From the human T2T-CHM13v2.0 reference genome, Homo sapiens, in assembly GCF_009914755.1 (NCBI RefSeq), contig NC_060939.1: 64,000 nt of DNA; one strand, written 5' to 3'. Shown here in pieces: positions 44,055 to 58,275 of the stretch (its first letter is position 1; every line of letters starts with the position of its first letter). The position numbers and the translations under genes are program-made. The notes beneath the pieces are model-generated. The model worked only from the letters and a program-made list of their open reading frames with translations, did not search any database and was not told the DNA's origin.

Positions 44055-47000
44055 CTATTCTCTTCCGTTCCATTCGATTTCGTTCCAATCCATTCGATTC
44101 CATTCCATTCGATTCCATTCCATACTATTGCATTCCATTCGATTACATTATATTCGAATAAGTTCCATTCAAGACCATTTCTTTTGAGTCCATTCTATTT
44201 GAGTCCATTCCCTTTGATTCCATAACATTTGAGTCCATTCAATTCCATTCCTTTCGTTTCCATTCCATTTGATGCCATTCCATTCAATTCTGTTCTACTC
44301 GACTCCAATATATTCAATTCCATTCCATCCGATTCCATTACATTCTTTTCATTTCTTATCCATTTCAAGCCATTCCACTCCATTCCATTCCACTCGTTTC
44401 CTTTCCATTCGAGTCCATTCCTCTCCAGTCCATTCCGTTCAATCCATTCCATTCCAGTCCATTCCATTCGAGTCCGTTCCATTCCAGTCCATTCCATTCG
44501 AGTCAATTCCATTCCATTCGATGTCTTTCCATAACGATCCATTCCATTCTATTCCTTTCGATTCCATTCCATTCTATTTCATTCCATTCGATTCCCTTCC
44601 TTTGGAGTCCTTTCCATTCGAGTGCATTCCATTCCGTTCCATTTCTTTCCATTCTGAACGATTCCTACCGTTCGATTTCATTTTGTTCCAGTCCACTCCT
44701 TTCGCGTCCATTCCATTCCATTTCACTCCATTCGATTCCATTCCACTCGATTCCACTTCGTTCCATTTCATTGCATTCCATTCTATTCAACTCTATTGCC
44801 TTCCATTCCATTCCATTCGATTACATTCCATGCGATTCCATTCGAAATCGAATCAATTACATTGCAAACCATTACTATTGAGTCCGTTTTATTCCAGTCC
44901 ACTGCATTCTGGTCCATTCCATTTGATTCCATTCCATTCTATTCCATTCCATACAGTTGCATTCCATTGGATTCCATGCTATATCTATAAATTCAATTCG
45001 AGACCATTGCTTTCGAGTCCATTCTATATGATTCCATTCCATTCAAGTCCATTACATTTGGTTCAATTCCATTCCATTCCATTCCCTTTCATTCCATTCC
45101 ATTTGATATCAATCCATTCGATTCCATTCCATTCGAGCACATTCCATTCGAGTCCATTCCATTCGATGCCATTCCATTTGATTCTATTCCATTAGTCTCC
45201 ATTCAATTCCATTAATCTCCATTCCATTCCATTCTACTCCAACTGATTCCATTCCATTCTACTCCTTTCCATTCCATTTCATTCCATTCCATTCCATTTC
45301 ATTCCATTCCATTCCATTCGTGTCCATTCCACTCCAGTCCATTCCATTCGTGTCCATTCCATTCCAGTCCATTCCATTTGTGTCCACTGCATTCCATTCC
45401 ACTCCATTCCATATTATTCCATTACACTCCATTCCATTCTATTACTTTCATTTCCATTCAATTCCATTCCATTTGATTCCATTCCACTCGGTTTCATTCC
45501 ATTTGAGTCCACTCCATTCCATTCCATTCCATTCCATTCAGTTCCATTCCATTCTGTTCCATTCCATTCCGTTCCATTACATTCCATTCCATTCGGTACC
45601 ATTCCATATTGTTCCATTCGATTCCATTCGAATCCATTCCATTCCAGTCCATTCCATTCGATTCCATTCCATTCATTTAAATTCCATTCCATTCCATTCC
45701 ATTACATTCCACTTGATTCCTCTCCATTCCCTTCCACTGCATTCCGTTCGATTCCATTCCATTGCATTGCGTTCCATTCCATTGGATTGCATTCCATTCG
45801 ATTCCATTCCATTCGAATCAATTACATAGCAATCCATTACATTCGAGTCTATTCTATTCCGTTCCATTCGATTTCGTTCCAATCCATTCGATTCCATTCC
45901 ATTCGATTCCATTCCATACTATTGCATTCCATTCGATTACATTATATTCGAATAAGTTCCATTCAAGACCATTTCTTTTGAGTCCATTCTATTTGAGTCC
46001 ATTCCCTTTGATTCCATAACATTTGAGTCCATTCAATTCCATTCCTTTCGTTTCCATTCCATTTGATGCCATTCCATTCAATTCTGTTCTACTCGACTCC
46101 AATACATTCAATTCCATTCCATCCGATTCCATTGCATTCTTCTCATTTCTTATCCATTTCAAGCCATTCCACTCCATTCCATTCCACTCGTTTCCTTTCC
46201 ATTCGAGTCCATTCCTCTCCAGTCCATTCCGTTCAATCCATTCCATTCCAGTCCATTCCATTCGAGTCCGTTCCATTCCAGTCCATTCCATTCGAGTCAA
46301 TTCCATCCCATTCGATGTCTTTCCATAACGATCCATTCCATTCTATTCCTTTCGATTCCATTCCATTCTATTTCATTCCATTCGATTCCCTTCCATTGGA
46401 CTCCTTTCCATTCGAGTGCATTCCATTCCGTTCCATTTCTTTCCGTTCTGTACGATTCCTACCGTTCGATTTCATTTTGTTCCAGTCCATTCCTTTCGCG
46501 TCCATTCCATTCCATTTCACTCCATTCGATTCCATTCCACTCGATTCCACTTCGTTCCATTTCATTGCATTCCATTCTATTCAACTCTATTGCCTTCCAT
46601 TCCATTCCATTCGATTACATTCCATGCGATTCCATTCGAAATCGAATCAATTACATTGCAATCCATTACTATTGAGTCCATTTTATTCCAGTCCACTGCA
46701 TTCTGGTCCATTCCATTTGATTCCATTCCATTCTATTCCATTCCATACAGTTGCATTCCGTTGGATTCCATTCTATATCCATAAATTCAATTCGAGACCA
46801 TTGCTTTTGAGTCCATTCTATATGATTCCATTCCATTCAAGTCCATTACATTTGGTTCAATTCCATTCCATTCCATTCCCTTCCATTCCATTCCAGTTGA
46901 TATCAATCCATTCGATTCCATTCCATTCGAGCACATTCCATTCGAGTCCATTCCATTCGATGCCATTCCATTTGATTCTATTCCATTAGTCTCCATTCAA

Positions 47001-50000
47001 TTCCATTAATCTCCATTCCATTCCATTCTACTCCAACTGATTCCATTCCATTCTATTCCTTTCCATTCCATTTCATTCCATTCCATTCCATTTCATTCCA
47101 TTCCATTCCATTCGTGTCCATTCCACTCCAGTCCATTCCATTCGTGTCCATTCCATTCCAGTCCATTCCATTTGTGTCCACTGCATTCCATTCCACTCCA
47201 TTCCATATTATTCCATTACACTCCATTCCATTCTATTACTTTCATTTCCATTCAATTCCATTCCATTTGATTCCATTCCACTCGGTTTCATTCCATTTGA
47301 GTCCACTCCATTCCATTCCATTCCATTCAGTTCCATTCCATTCTGTTCCATTCCATTCCGTTCCATTACATTCCATTCCATTCGGTACCATTCCATATTG
47401 TTCCATTCGATTCCATTCGAATCCATTCCATTCCAGTCCATTCCATTCGATTCCATTCCATTCATTTCAATTCCATTCCATTCCATTCCATTCCATTCCA
47501 CTTGATTCCTCTCCATTCCCTTCCACTGCATTCCGTTCGATTCCATTCCATTGCATTGCATTCCATTCCATTGGATTGCATTCCATTCGATTCCATTCCA
47601 TTCGAATCAATTACATAGCAATCCATTACATTCGAGTCTATTCTCTTCCGTTCCATTCGATTTCGTTCCAATCCATTCGATTCCATTCCATTCGATTCCA
47701 TTCCATACTATTGCATTCCATTCGATTACATTATATTCGAATAAGTTCCATTCAAGACCATTTCTTTTGAGTCCATTCTATTTGAGTCCATTCCCTTTGA
47801 TTCCATAACATTTGAGTCCATTCAATTCCATTCCTTTCGTTTCCATTCCATTTGATGCCATTCCATTCAATTCTGTTCTACTCGACTCCAATATATTCAA
47901 TTCCATTCCATCCGATTCCATTACATTCTTTTCATTTCTTATCCATTTCAAGCCATTCCACTCCATTCCATTCCACTCGTTTCCTTTCCATTCGAGTCCA
48001 TTCCTCTCCAGTCCATTCCGTTCAATCCATTCCATTCCAGTCCATTCCATTCGAGTCCGTTCCATTCCAGTCCATTCCATTCGAGTCAATTCCATTCCAT
48101 TCGATGTCTTTCCATAACGATCCATTCCATTCTATTCCTTTCGATTCCATTCCATTCTATTTCATTCCATTCGATTCCCTTCCATTGGACTCCTTTCCAT
48201 TCGAGTGCATTCCATTCCGTTCCATTTCTTTCCATTCTGTACGATTCCTACCGTTCGATTTCATTTTGTTCCAGTCCATTCCTTTCGCGTCCATTCCATT
48301 CCATTTCACTCCATTCGATTCCATTCCACTCGATTCCACTTCGTTCCATTTCATTGCATTCCATTCTATTCAACTCTATTGCCTTCCATTCCATTCCATT
48401 CGATTACATTCCATGCGATTCCATTCGAAATCGAATCAATTACATTGCAAACCATTACTATTGAGTCCGTTTTATTCCAGTCCACTGCATTCTGGTCCAT
48501 TCCATTTGATTCCATTCCATTCTATTCCATTCCATACAGTTGCATTCCATTGGATTCCATGCTATATCTATAAATTCAATTCGAGACCATTGCTTTTGAG
48601 TCCATTCTATATGATTCCATTCCATTCAAGTCCATTACATTTGGTTCAATTCCATTCCATTCCATTCCCTTTCATTCCATTCCATTTGATATCAATCCAT
48701 TCGATTCCATTCCATTCGAGCACATTCCATTCGAGTCCATTCCATTCGATGCCATTCCATTTGATTCTATTCCATTAGTCTCCATTCAATTCCATTAATC
48801 TCCATTCCATTCCATTCTACTCCAACTGATTCCATTCCATTCTATTCCTTTCCATTCCATTTCATTCCATTCCATTCCATTTCATTCCATTCCATTCCAT
48901 TCGTGTCCATTCCACTCCAGTCCATTCCATTCGTGTCCATTCCATTCCAGTCCATTCCATTTGTGTCCACTGCATTCCATTCCACTCCATTCCATATTAT
49001 TCCATTACACTCCATTCCATTCTATTACTTTCATTTCCATTCAATTCCATTCCATTTGATTCCATTCCACTCGGTTTCATTCCATTTGAGTCCACTCCAT
49101 TCCATTCCATTCCATTCCATTCAGTTCCATTCCATTCTGTTCCATTCCATTCCGTTCCATTACATTCCATTCCATTCGGTACCATTCCATATTGTTCCAT
49201 TCGATTCCATTCGAATCCATTCCATTCCAGTCCATTCCATTCGATTCCATTCCATTCATTTCAATTCCATTCCATTCCATTCCATTACATTCCACTTGAT
49301 TCCTCTCCATTCCCTTCCACTGCATTCCGTTCGATTCCATTCCATTGCATTGCATTCCATTCCATTGGATTGCATTCCATTCGATTCCATTCCATTCGAA
49401 TCAATTACATAGCAATCCATTACATTCGAGTCTATTCTATTCCGTTCCATTCGATTTCGTTCCAATCCATTCGATTCCATTCCATTCGATTCCATTCCAT
49501 ACTATTGCATTCCATTCGATTACATTATATTCGAATAAGTTCCATTCAAGACCATTTCTTTTGAGTCCATTCTATTTGAGTCCATTCCCTTTGATTCCAT
49601 AACATTTGAGTCCATTCAATTCCATTCCTTTCGTTTCCATTCCATTTGATGCCATTCCATTCAATTCTGTTCTACTCGACTCCAATACATTCAATTCCAT
49701 TCCATCCGATTCCATTACATTCTTTTCATTTCTTATCCATTTCAAGCCATTCCACTCCATTCCATTCCACTCGTTTCCTTTCCATTCGAGTCCATTCCTC
49801 TCCAGTCCATTCCGTTCAATCCATTCCATTCCAGTCCATTCCATTCGAGTCCGTTCCATTCCAGTCCATTCCATTCGAGTCAATTCCATCCCATTCGATG
49901 TCTTTCCATAACGATCCATTCCATTCTATTCCTTTCGATTCCATTCCATTCTATTTCATTCCATTCGATTCCCTTCCATTGGACTCCTTTCCATTCGAGT

Positions 50001-53000
50001 GCATTCCATTCTGTTCCATTTCTTTCCGTTCTGTACGATTCCTACCGTTCGATTTCATTTTGTTCCAGTCCATTCCTTTCGCGTCCATTCCATTCCATTT
50101 CACTCCATTCGATTCCATTCCACTCGATTCCACTTCGTTCCATTTCATTGCATTCCATTCTATTCAACTCTATTGCCTTCCATTCCATTCCATTCGATTA
50201 CATTCCATGCGATTCCATTCGAAATCGAATCAATTACATTGCAATCCATTACTATTGAGTCCATTTTATTCCAGTCCAATGCATTCTGGTCCATTCCATT
50301 TGATTCCATTCCATTCTATTCCATTCCATACAGTTGCATTCCGTTGGATTCCATTCTATATCCATAAATTCAATTCGAGACCATTGCTTTTGAGTCCATT
50401 CTATATGATTCCATTCCATTCAAGTCCATTACATTTGGTTCAATTCCATTCCATTCCATTCCCTTCCATTCCATTCCAGTTGATATCAATCCATTCGATT
50501 CCATTCCATTCGAGCACATTCCATTCGAGTCCATTCCATTCGATGCCATTCCATTTGATTCTATTCCATTAGTCTCCATTCAATTCCATTAATCTCCATT
50601 CCATTCCATTCTACTCCAACTGATTCCATTCCATTCTATTCCTTTCCATTCCATTTCATTCCATTCCATTCCATTTCATTCCATTCCATTCCATTCGTGT
50701 CCATTCCACTCCAGTCCATTCCATTCGTGTCCATTCCATTCCAGTCCATTCCATTTGTGTCCACTGCATTCCATTCCACTCCATTCCATATTATTCCATT
50801 ACACTCCATTCCATTCTATTACTTTCATTTCCATTCAATTCCATTCCATTTGATTCCATTCCACTCGGTTTCATTCCATTTGAGTCCACTCCATTCCATT
50901 CCCTTCCATTCCATTCCATTCCATTCAGTTCCATTCCATTCTGTTCCATTCCATTCCGTTCCATTACATTCCATTCCATTCGGTACCATTCCATATTGTT
51001 CCATTCGATTCCATTCGAATCCATTCCATTCCAGTCCATTCCATTCGATTCCATTCCATTCATTTCAATTCCATTCCATTCCATTCCATTCCATTCCACT
51101 TGATTCCTCTCCATTCCCTTCCACTGCATTCCGTTCGATTCCATTCCATTGCATTGCATTCCATTCCATTGGATTGCATTCCATTCGATTCCATTCCATT
51201 CGAATCAATTACATAGCAATCCATTACATTCGAGTCTATTCTCTTCCGTTCCATTCGATTTCGTTCCAATCCATTCGATTCCATTCCATTCGATTCCATT
51301 CCATACTATTGCATTCCATTCGATTACATTATATTCGAATAAGTTCCATTCAAGACCATTTCTTTTGAGTCCATTCTATTTGAGTCCATTCCATTTGATT
51401 CCATAACATTTGAGTCCATTCAATTCCATTCCTTTCGTTTCCATTCCATTTGATGCCATTCCATTCAATTCTGTTCTACTCGACTCCAATACATTCAATT
51501 CCATTCCATCCGATTCCATTACATTCTTTTCATTTCTTATCCATTTCAAGCCATTCCACTCCATTCCATTCCACTCGTTTCCTTTCCATTCGAGTCCATT
51601 CCTCTCCAGTCCATTCCGTTCAATCCATTCCATTCCAGTCCATTCCATTCGAGTCCGTTCCATTCCAGTCCATTCCATTCGAGTCAATTCCATCCCATTC
51701 GATGTCTTTCCATAACGATCCATTCCATTCTATTACTTTCGATTCCATTCCATTCTATTTCATTCCATTCGATTCCCTTCCATTGGACTCCTTTCCATTC
51801 GAGTGCATTCCATTCCGTTCCATTTCTTTCCGTTCTGTACGATTCCTACCGTTCGATTTCATTTTGTTCCAGTCCATTCCTTTCGCGTCCATTCCATTCC
51901 ATTTCACTCCATTCGATTCCATTCCACTCGATTCCACTTCGTTCCATTTCATTGCATTCCATTCTATTCAACTCTATTGCCTTCCTTTCCATTCCATTCG
52001 ATTACATTCCATGCGATTCCATTCGAAATCGAATCAATTACATTGCAATCCATTACTATTGAGTCCATTTTATTCCAGTCCACTGCATTCTGGTCCATTC
52101 CATTTGATTCCATTCCATTCTATTCCATTCCATACAGTTGCATTCCATTGGATTCCATTCTATATCTATAAATTCAATTCGAGACCATTGCTTTTGAGTC
52201 CATTCTATATGATTCCATTCCATTCAAGTCCATTACATTTGGTTCAATTCCATTCCATTCCATTCCCTTCCATTCCATTCCAGTTGATATCAATCCATTC
52301 GATTCCATTCCATTCGAGCACATTCCATTCGAGTCCATTCCATTCGATGCCATTCCATTTGATTCTATTCCATTAGTCTCCATTCAATTCCATTAATCTC
52401 CATTCCATTCCATTCTACTTCAACTGATTCCATTCCATTCTATTCCTTTCCATTCCATTTCATTCCATTCCATTCCATTTCATTCCATTCCATTCCATTC
52501 CATTCCATTCGCTTCCATTCCATTCGTGTCCATTCCATTCCAGTCCATTCCATTTGTGTCCACTGCATTCCATTCCACTCCATTCCATATTATTCCATTA
52601 CACTCCATTCCATTCTATTACTTTCATTTCCATTCAATTCCATTCCATTTGATTCCATTCCACTCGGTTTCATTCCATTTGAGTCCACTCCATTCCATTC
52701 CATTCCATTCCATTCAGTTCCATTCCATTCTGTTCCATTCCATTCCGTTCCATTACATTCCATTCCATTCGGTACCATTCCATATTGTTCCATTCGATTC
52801 CATTCGAATCCATTCCATTCCAGTCCATTCCATTCATTTCAATTCCATTCCATTCCATTCCATTACATTCCACTTGATTCCTCTCCATTCCCTTCCACTG
52901 CATTCCGTTCGATTCCATTCCATTGCATTGCATTCCATTCCATTGGATTGCATTCCATTCGATTCCATTCCATTCGAATCAATTACATAGCAATCCATTA

Positions 53001-56000
53001 CATTCGAGTCTTTTCTATTCCTTTCCATTCGATTTCGTTCCAATCCATTCGATTCCATTCCATTCGATTCCATTCCATACTATTGCATTCCATTCGATTA
53101 CATTATATTCGAATAAGTTCCATTCAAGACCATTTCTTTTGAGTCCATTCTATTTGAGTCCATTCCCTTTGATTCCATAACATTTGAGTCCATTCAATTC
53201 CATTCCTTTCGTTTCCATTCCATTTGATGCCATTCCATTCAATTCTGTTCTACTCGACTCCAATACATTCAATTCCATTCCATCCGATTCCATTACATTC
53301 TTTTCATTTCTTATCCATTTCAAGCCATTCCACTCCACTCCATTCCACTCATTTCCTTTCCATTCGAGTCCATTCCTCTCCAGTCCATTCCGTTCTATCC
53401 ATTCCATTCCAGTCCATTCCATTCGAGTCCGTTCCATTCCAGTCCATTCCATTCGAGTCAATTCCATTCCATTCGATGTCTTTCCATAACGATCCATTCC
53501 ATTCTATTCCTTTCAATTCCATTCCATTCTATTTCATTCCATTCGATTCCCTTCCATTGGACTCCTTTCCATTCGAGTGCATTCCATTCCTTTCCATTTC
53601 TTTCCGTTCTGTACGATTCCTACCGTTCGATTTCATTTTGTTCCAGTCCATTCCTTTCGCGTCCATTCCATTCCATTTCACTCCATTCGATTCCATTCCA
53701 CTCGATTCCACTTCGTTCCATTTCATTGCATTCCATTCTATTCACTCTATTGCCTTCCATTCCATTCCATTCGATTACATTCCATGCGATTCCATTCGAA
53801 ATCGAATCAATTACATTGCAATCCATTACTATTGAGTCCGTTTTATTCCAGTCCACTGCATTCTGGTCCATTCCATTTGATTCCATTCCATTCTATTCCA
53901 TTCCATACAGTTGCATTCCATTGGATTCCATGCTATATCTATAAATTCAATTCGACACCATTGCTTTTGAGTCCATTCTATATGATTCCATTCCATTCAA
54001 GTCCATTACATTTGGTTCAATTCCATTCCATTCCATTCCCTTCCATTCCATTCCATTTGATATCAATCCATTCGATTCCATTCCATTCGAGCACATTCCA
54101 TTCGAGTCCATTCCATTCGATGCCATTCCATTTGATTCTATTCCATTAGTCTCCATTCAATTCCATTAATCTCCATTCCATTCCATTCTACTCCAACTGA
54201 TTCCATTCCATTCTATTCCTTTCCATTCCATTTCATTCCATTCCATTCCATTTCATTCCATTCCATTCCATTCCATTCCATTCGCTTCCATTCCATTCGT
54301 GTCCATTCCATTCCAGTCCATTCCATTTGTGTCCACTGCATTCCATTCCACTCCATTCCATATTATTCCATTACACTCCATTCCATTCTATTACTTTCAT
54401 TTCCATTCAATTCCATTCCATTTGATTCCATTCCACTCGGTTTCATTCCAATTGTGTCCACTCCATTCCATTCCATTCCATTCCATTCAGTTCCATTCCA
54501 TTCTGTTCCATTCCATTCCGTTCCATTGCATTCCATTCCATTCGGTACCATTCCATATTGTTCCATTCGATTCCATTCGAATCCATTCCATTCCAGTCCA
54601 TTCCATTCGATTCCATTCCATTCCTTTCAATTCCATTCCACTCCATTCCATTCCACTTGATTCCACTCCATTCCCTTCCACTGCATTCCATTGCATTGCA
54701 TTCCATTCCATTGGACTGCATTCCATTCGATTCCATTCCATTCGAATCAATTACATAGCAATCCATTACATTCGAGTCTATTCTATTCCGTTCCATTCGA
54801 TTTCGTTCCAATCCATTCGATTCCATTCCATTCGATTCCATTCCATAGTATTGCATTCCATTCGATTACATTATATTCGAATAAGTTCCATTCAAGACCA
54901 TTTCTTTTGAGTCCATTCTATTTGAGTCCATTCCCTTTGATTCCATAACATTTGAGTCCATTCAGTTCCATTCCTTTCGTTTCCGTTCCATTTGATGCCA
55001 TTCCATTCAATTCTGTTCTACTCGACTCCAATACATTCAATTCCATTCCATCCGATTCCATTACATTCTTTTCATTTCTTATCCATTTCAAGCCATTCCA
55101 CTCCATTCCATTCCACTCGTTTCCTTTCCATTCGAGTCCATTCCTCTCCAGTCCATTCCGTTCAATCCATTCCATTCCAGTCCATTCCATTCGAGTCCGT
55201 TCCATTCCAGTCCATTCCATTCGAGTCAATTCCATCCCATTCGATGTCTTTCCATAACGATCCATTCCATTCTATTCCTTTCGATTCCATTCCATTCTAT
55301 TTCATTCCATTCGATTCCCTTCCATTGGACTCCTTTCCATTCGAGTGCATTCCATTCCGTTCCATTTCTTTCCGTTCTGTACGATTCCTACCGTTCGATT
55401 TCATTTTGTTCCAGTCCATTCCTTTCGCGTCCATTCCATTCCATTTCACTCCATTCGATTCCATTCCACTCGATTCCACTTCGTTCCATTTCATTGCATT
55501 CCATTCTATTCAACTCTATTGCCTTCCATTCCATTCCATTCGATTACATTCCATGCGATTCCATTCGAAATCGAATCAATTACATTGCAATCCATTACTA
55601 TTGAGTCCGTTTTATTCCAGTCCACTGCATTCTGGTCCATTCCATTTGATTCCATTCCATTCTATTCCATTCCATACAGTTGCATTCCATTGGATTCCAT
55701 GCTATATCTATAAATTCAATTCGAGACCATTGCTTTTGAGTCCATTCTATATGATTCCATTCCATTCAAGTCCATTACATTTGGTTCAATTCCATTCCAT
55801 TCCATTCCCTTCCATTACATTCCATTTGATATCAATCCATTCGATTCCATTCCATTCGAGCACATTCCATTCGAGTCCATTCCATTCGATGCCATTCCAT
55901 TTGATTCTATTCCATTAGTCTCCATTCAATTCCATTAATCTCCATTCCATTCCATTCTACTCCAACTGATTCCATTCCATTCTATTCCTTTCCATTCCAT

Positions 56001-58275
56001 TTCATTCCATTCCATTCCATTCCATTCCATTCCATTCGTGTCCATTCCACTCCAGTCCATTCCATTCGTGTCCATTCCATTCCAGTCCATTCCATTTGTG
56101 TCCACTGCATTCCATTCCACTCCATTCCATATTATTCCAATACACTCCATTCCATTCTATCACTTTCATTTCCATTCAATTCCATTCCATTTGATTCCAT
56201 TCCACTCGGTTTCATTCCATTTGAGTCCACTCCATTCCATTCCATTCCATTCCATTCAGTTCCATTCCATTCTGTTCCATTCCATTCCGTTCCATTACAT
56301 TCCATTCCATTCGGTACCATTCCATATTGTTCCATTCGATTCCATTCGAATCCATTCCATTCCAGTCCATTCCATTCGATTCCATTCCATTCATTTCAAT
56401 TCCATTCCATTCCATTCCATTACATTCCACTTGATTCCTCTCCATTCCCTTCCACTGCATTCCGTTCGATTCCATTCCATTGCATTGCATTCCATTCCAT
56501 TGGATTGCATTCCATTCGATTCCATTCCATTCGAATCAATTACATAGCAATCCATTACATTCGAGTCTATTCTATTCCGTTCCATTCGATTTCGTTCCAA
56601 TCCATTCGATTCCATTCCATTCGATTCCATTCCATACTATTGCATTTCATTCGATTACATTATATTCGAATAAGTTCCATTCAAGACCATTTCTTTTGAG
56701 TCCATTCTATTTGAGTCCATTCCCTTTGATTCCATAACATTTGAGTCCATTCAATTCCATTCCTTTCGTTTCCATTCCATTTGATGCCATTCCATTCAAT
56801 TCTGTTCTACTCGACTCCAATACATTCAATTCCATTCCATCCGATTCCATTACATTCTTTTAATTTCTTATCCATTTCAAGCCATTCCACTCCATTCCAT
56901 TCCACTCGTTTCCTTTCCATTCGAGTCCATTCCTCTCCAGTCCATTCCGTTCAATCCATTCCATTCCAGTCCATTCCATTCGAGTCCGTTCCATTCCAGT
57001 CCATTCCATTCGAGTCAATTCCATTCCATTCGATGTCTTTCCATAACGATCCATTCCATTCTATTCCTTTCGATTCCATTCCATTCTATTTCATTCCATT
57101 CGATTCCCTTCCATTGGACTCCTTTCCATTCGAGTGCATTCCATTCCGTTCCATTTCTTTCCGTTCTGTACGATTCCTACCGTTCGATTTCATTTTGTTC
57201 CAGTCCATTCCTTTCACGTCCATTCCATTCCATTTCACTCCATTCGATTCCATTCCACTCGATTCCACTTCGTTCCATTTCATTGCATTCCATTCTATTC
57301 AACTCTATTGCCTTCCATTCCATTCCATTCGATTACATTCCATGCGATTCCATTCGAAATCGAATCAATTACATTGCAATCCATTACAATTGAGTCCGTT
57401 TTATTCCAGTCCACTGCATTCTGGTCCATTCCATTTGATTCCATTCCATTCTATTCCATTCCATACAGTTGCATTCCTTTGGATTCCATGCTATATATAT
57501 AAATTCAATTCGAGACCATTGCTTTTGAGTCCATTCTATATGATTCCATTCCATTCAAGTCCATTACATTTGGTTCAATTCCATTCCATTCCATTCCCTT
57601 CCATTCCATTCCAGTTGATATCAATCCATTCGATTCCATTCCATTCGAGCACATTCCATTCGAGTCCATTCCATTCGATGCCATTCCATTTGATTCTATT
57701 CCATTAGTCTCCATTCAATTCCATTAATCTCCATTCCATTCCATTCTACTCCAACTGATTCCATTCCATTCTATTCCTTTCCATTCCATTTCATTCCATT
57801 CCATTCCATTTCATTCCATTCCATTCCATTCGCTTCCATTCCATTCGTGTCCATTCCACTCCAGTCCATTCCATTCGTGTCCATTCCATTCCAGTCCATT
57901 CCATTTGTGTCCACTGCATTCCATTCCACTCCATTCCATATTATTCCATTACACTCCCTTCCATTCTATTACTTTCATTTCCATTCAATTCCATTCCATT
58001 TGATTCCATTCCACTCGGTTTCATTCCATTTGAGTCCACTCCATTCCATTCCATTCCATTCCATTCAGTTCCATTCCATTCTGTTCCATTCCATTCCGTT
58101 CCATTACATTCCATTCCATTCGGTACCATTCCATATTGTTCCATTCGATTCCATTCGAATCCATTCCATTCCAGTCCATTCCATTCGATTCCATTCCATT
58201 CATTTCAATTCCATTCCATTCCATTCCATTACATTCCACTTGATTCCTCTCCATTCCCTTCCACTGCATTCCGTT
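44055..58275 (+). repeat. Block duplication B, copy 2
   Basis: Landmark offsets are 15955 (five units) then 15935 (three units). The 20-bp change is explained by a 5-bp pentamer loss near 52500 and a 15-bp loss near 52830. Confidence 0.9.
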
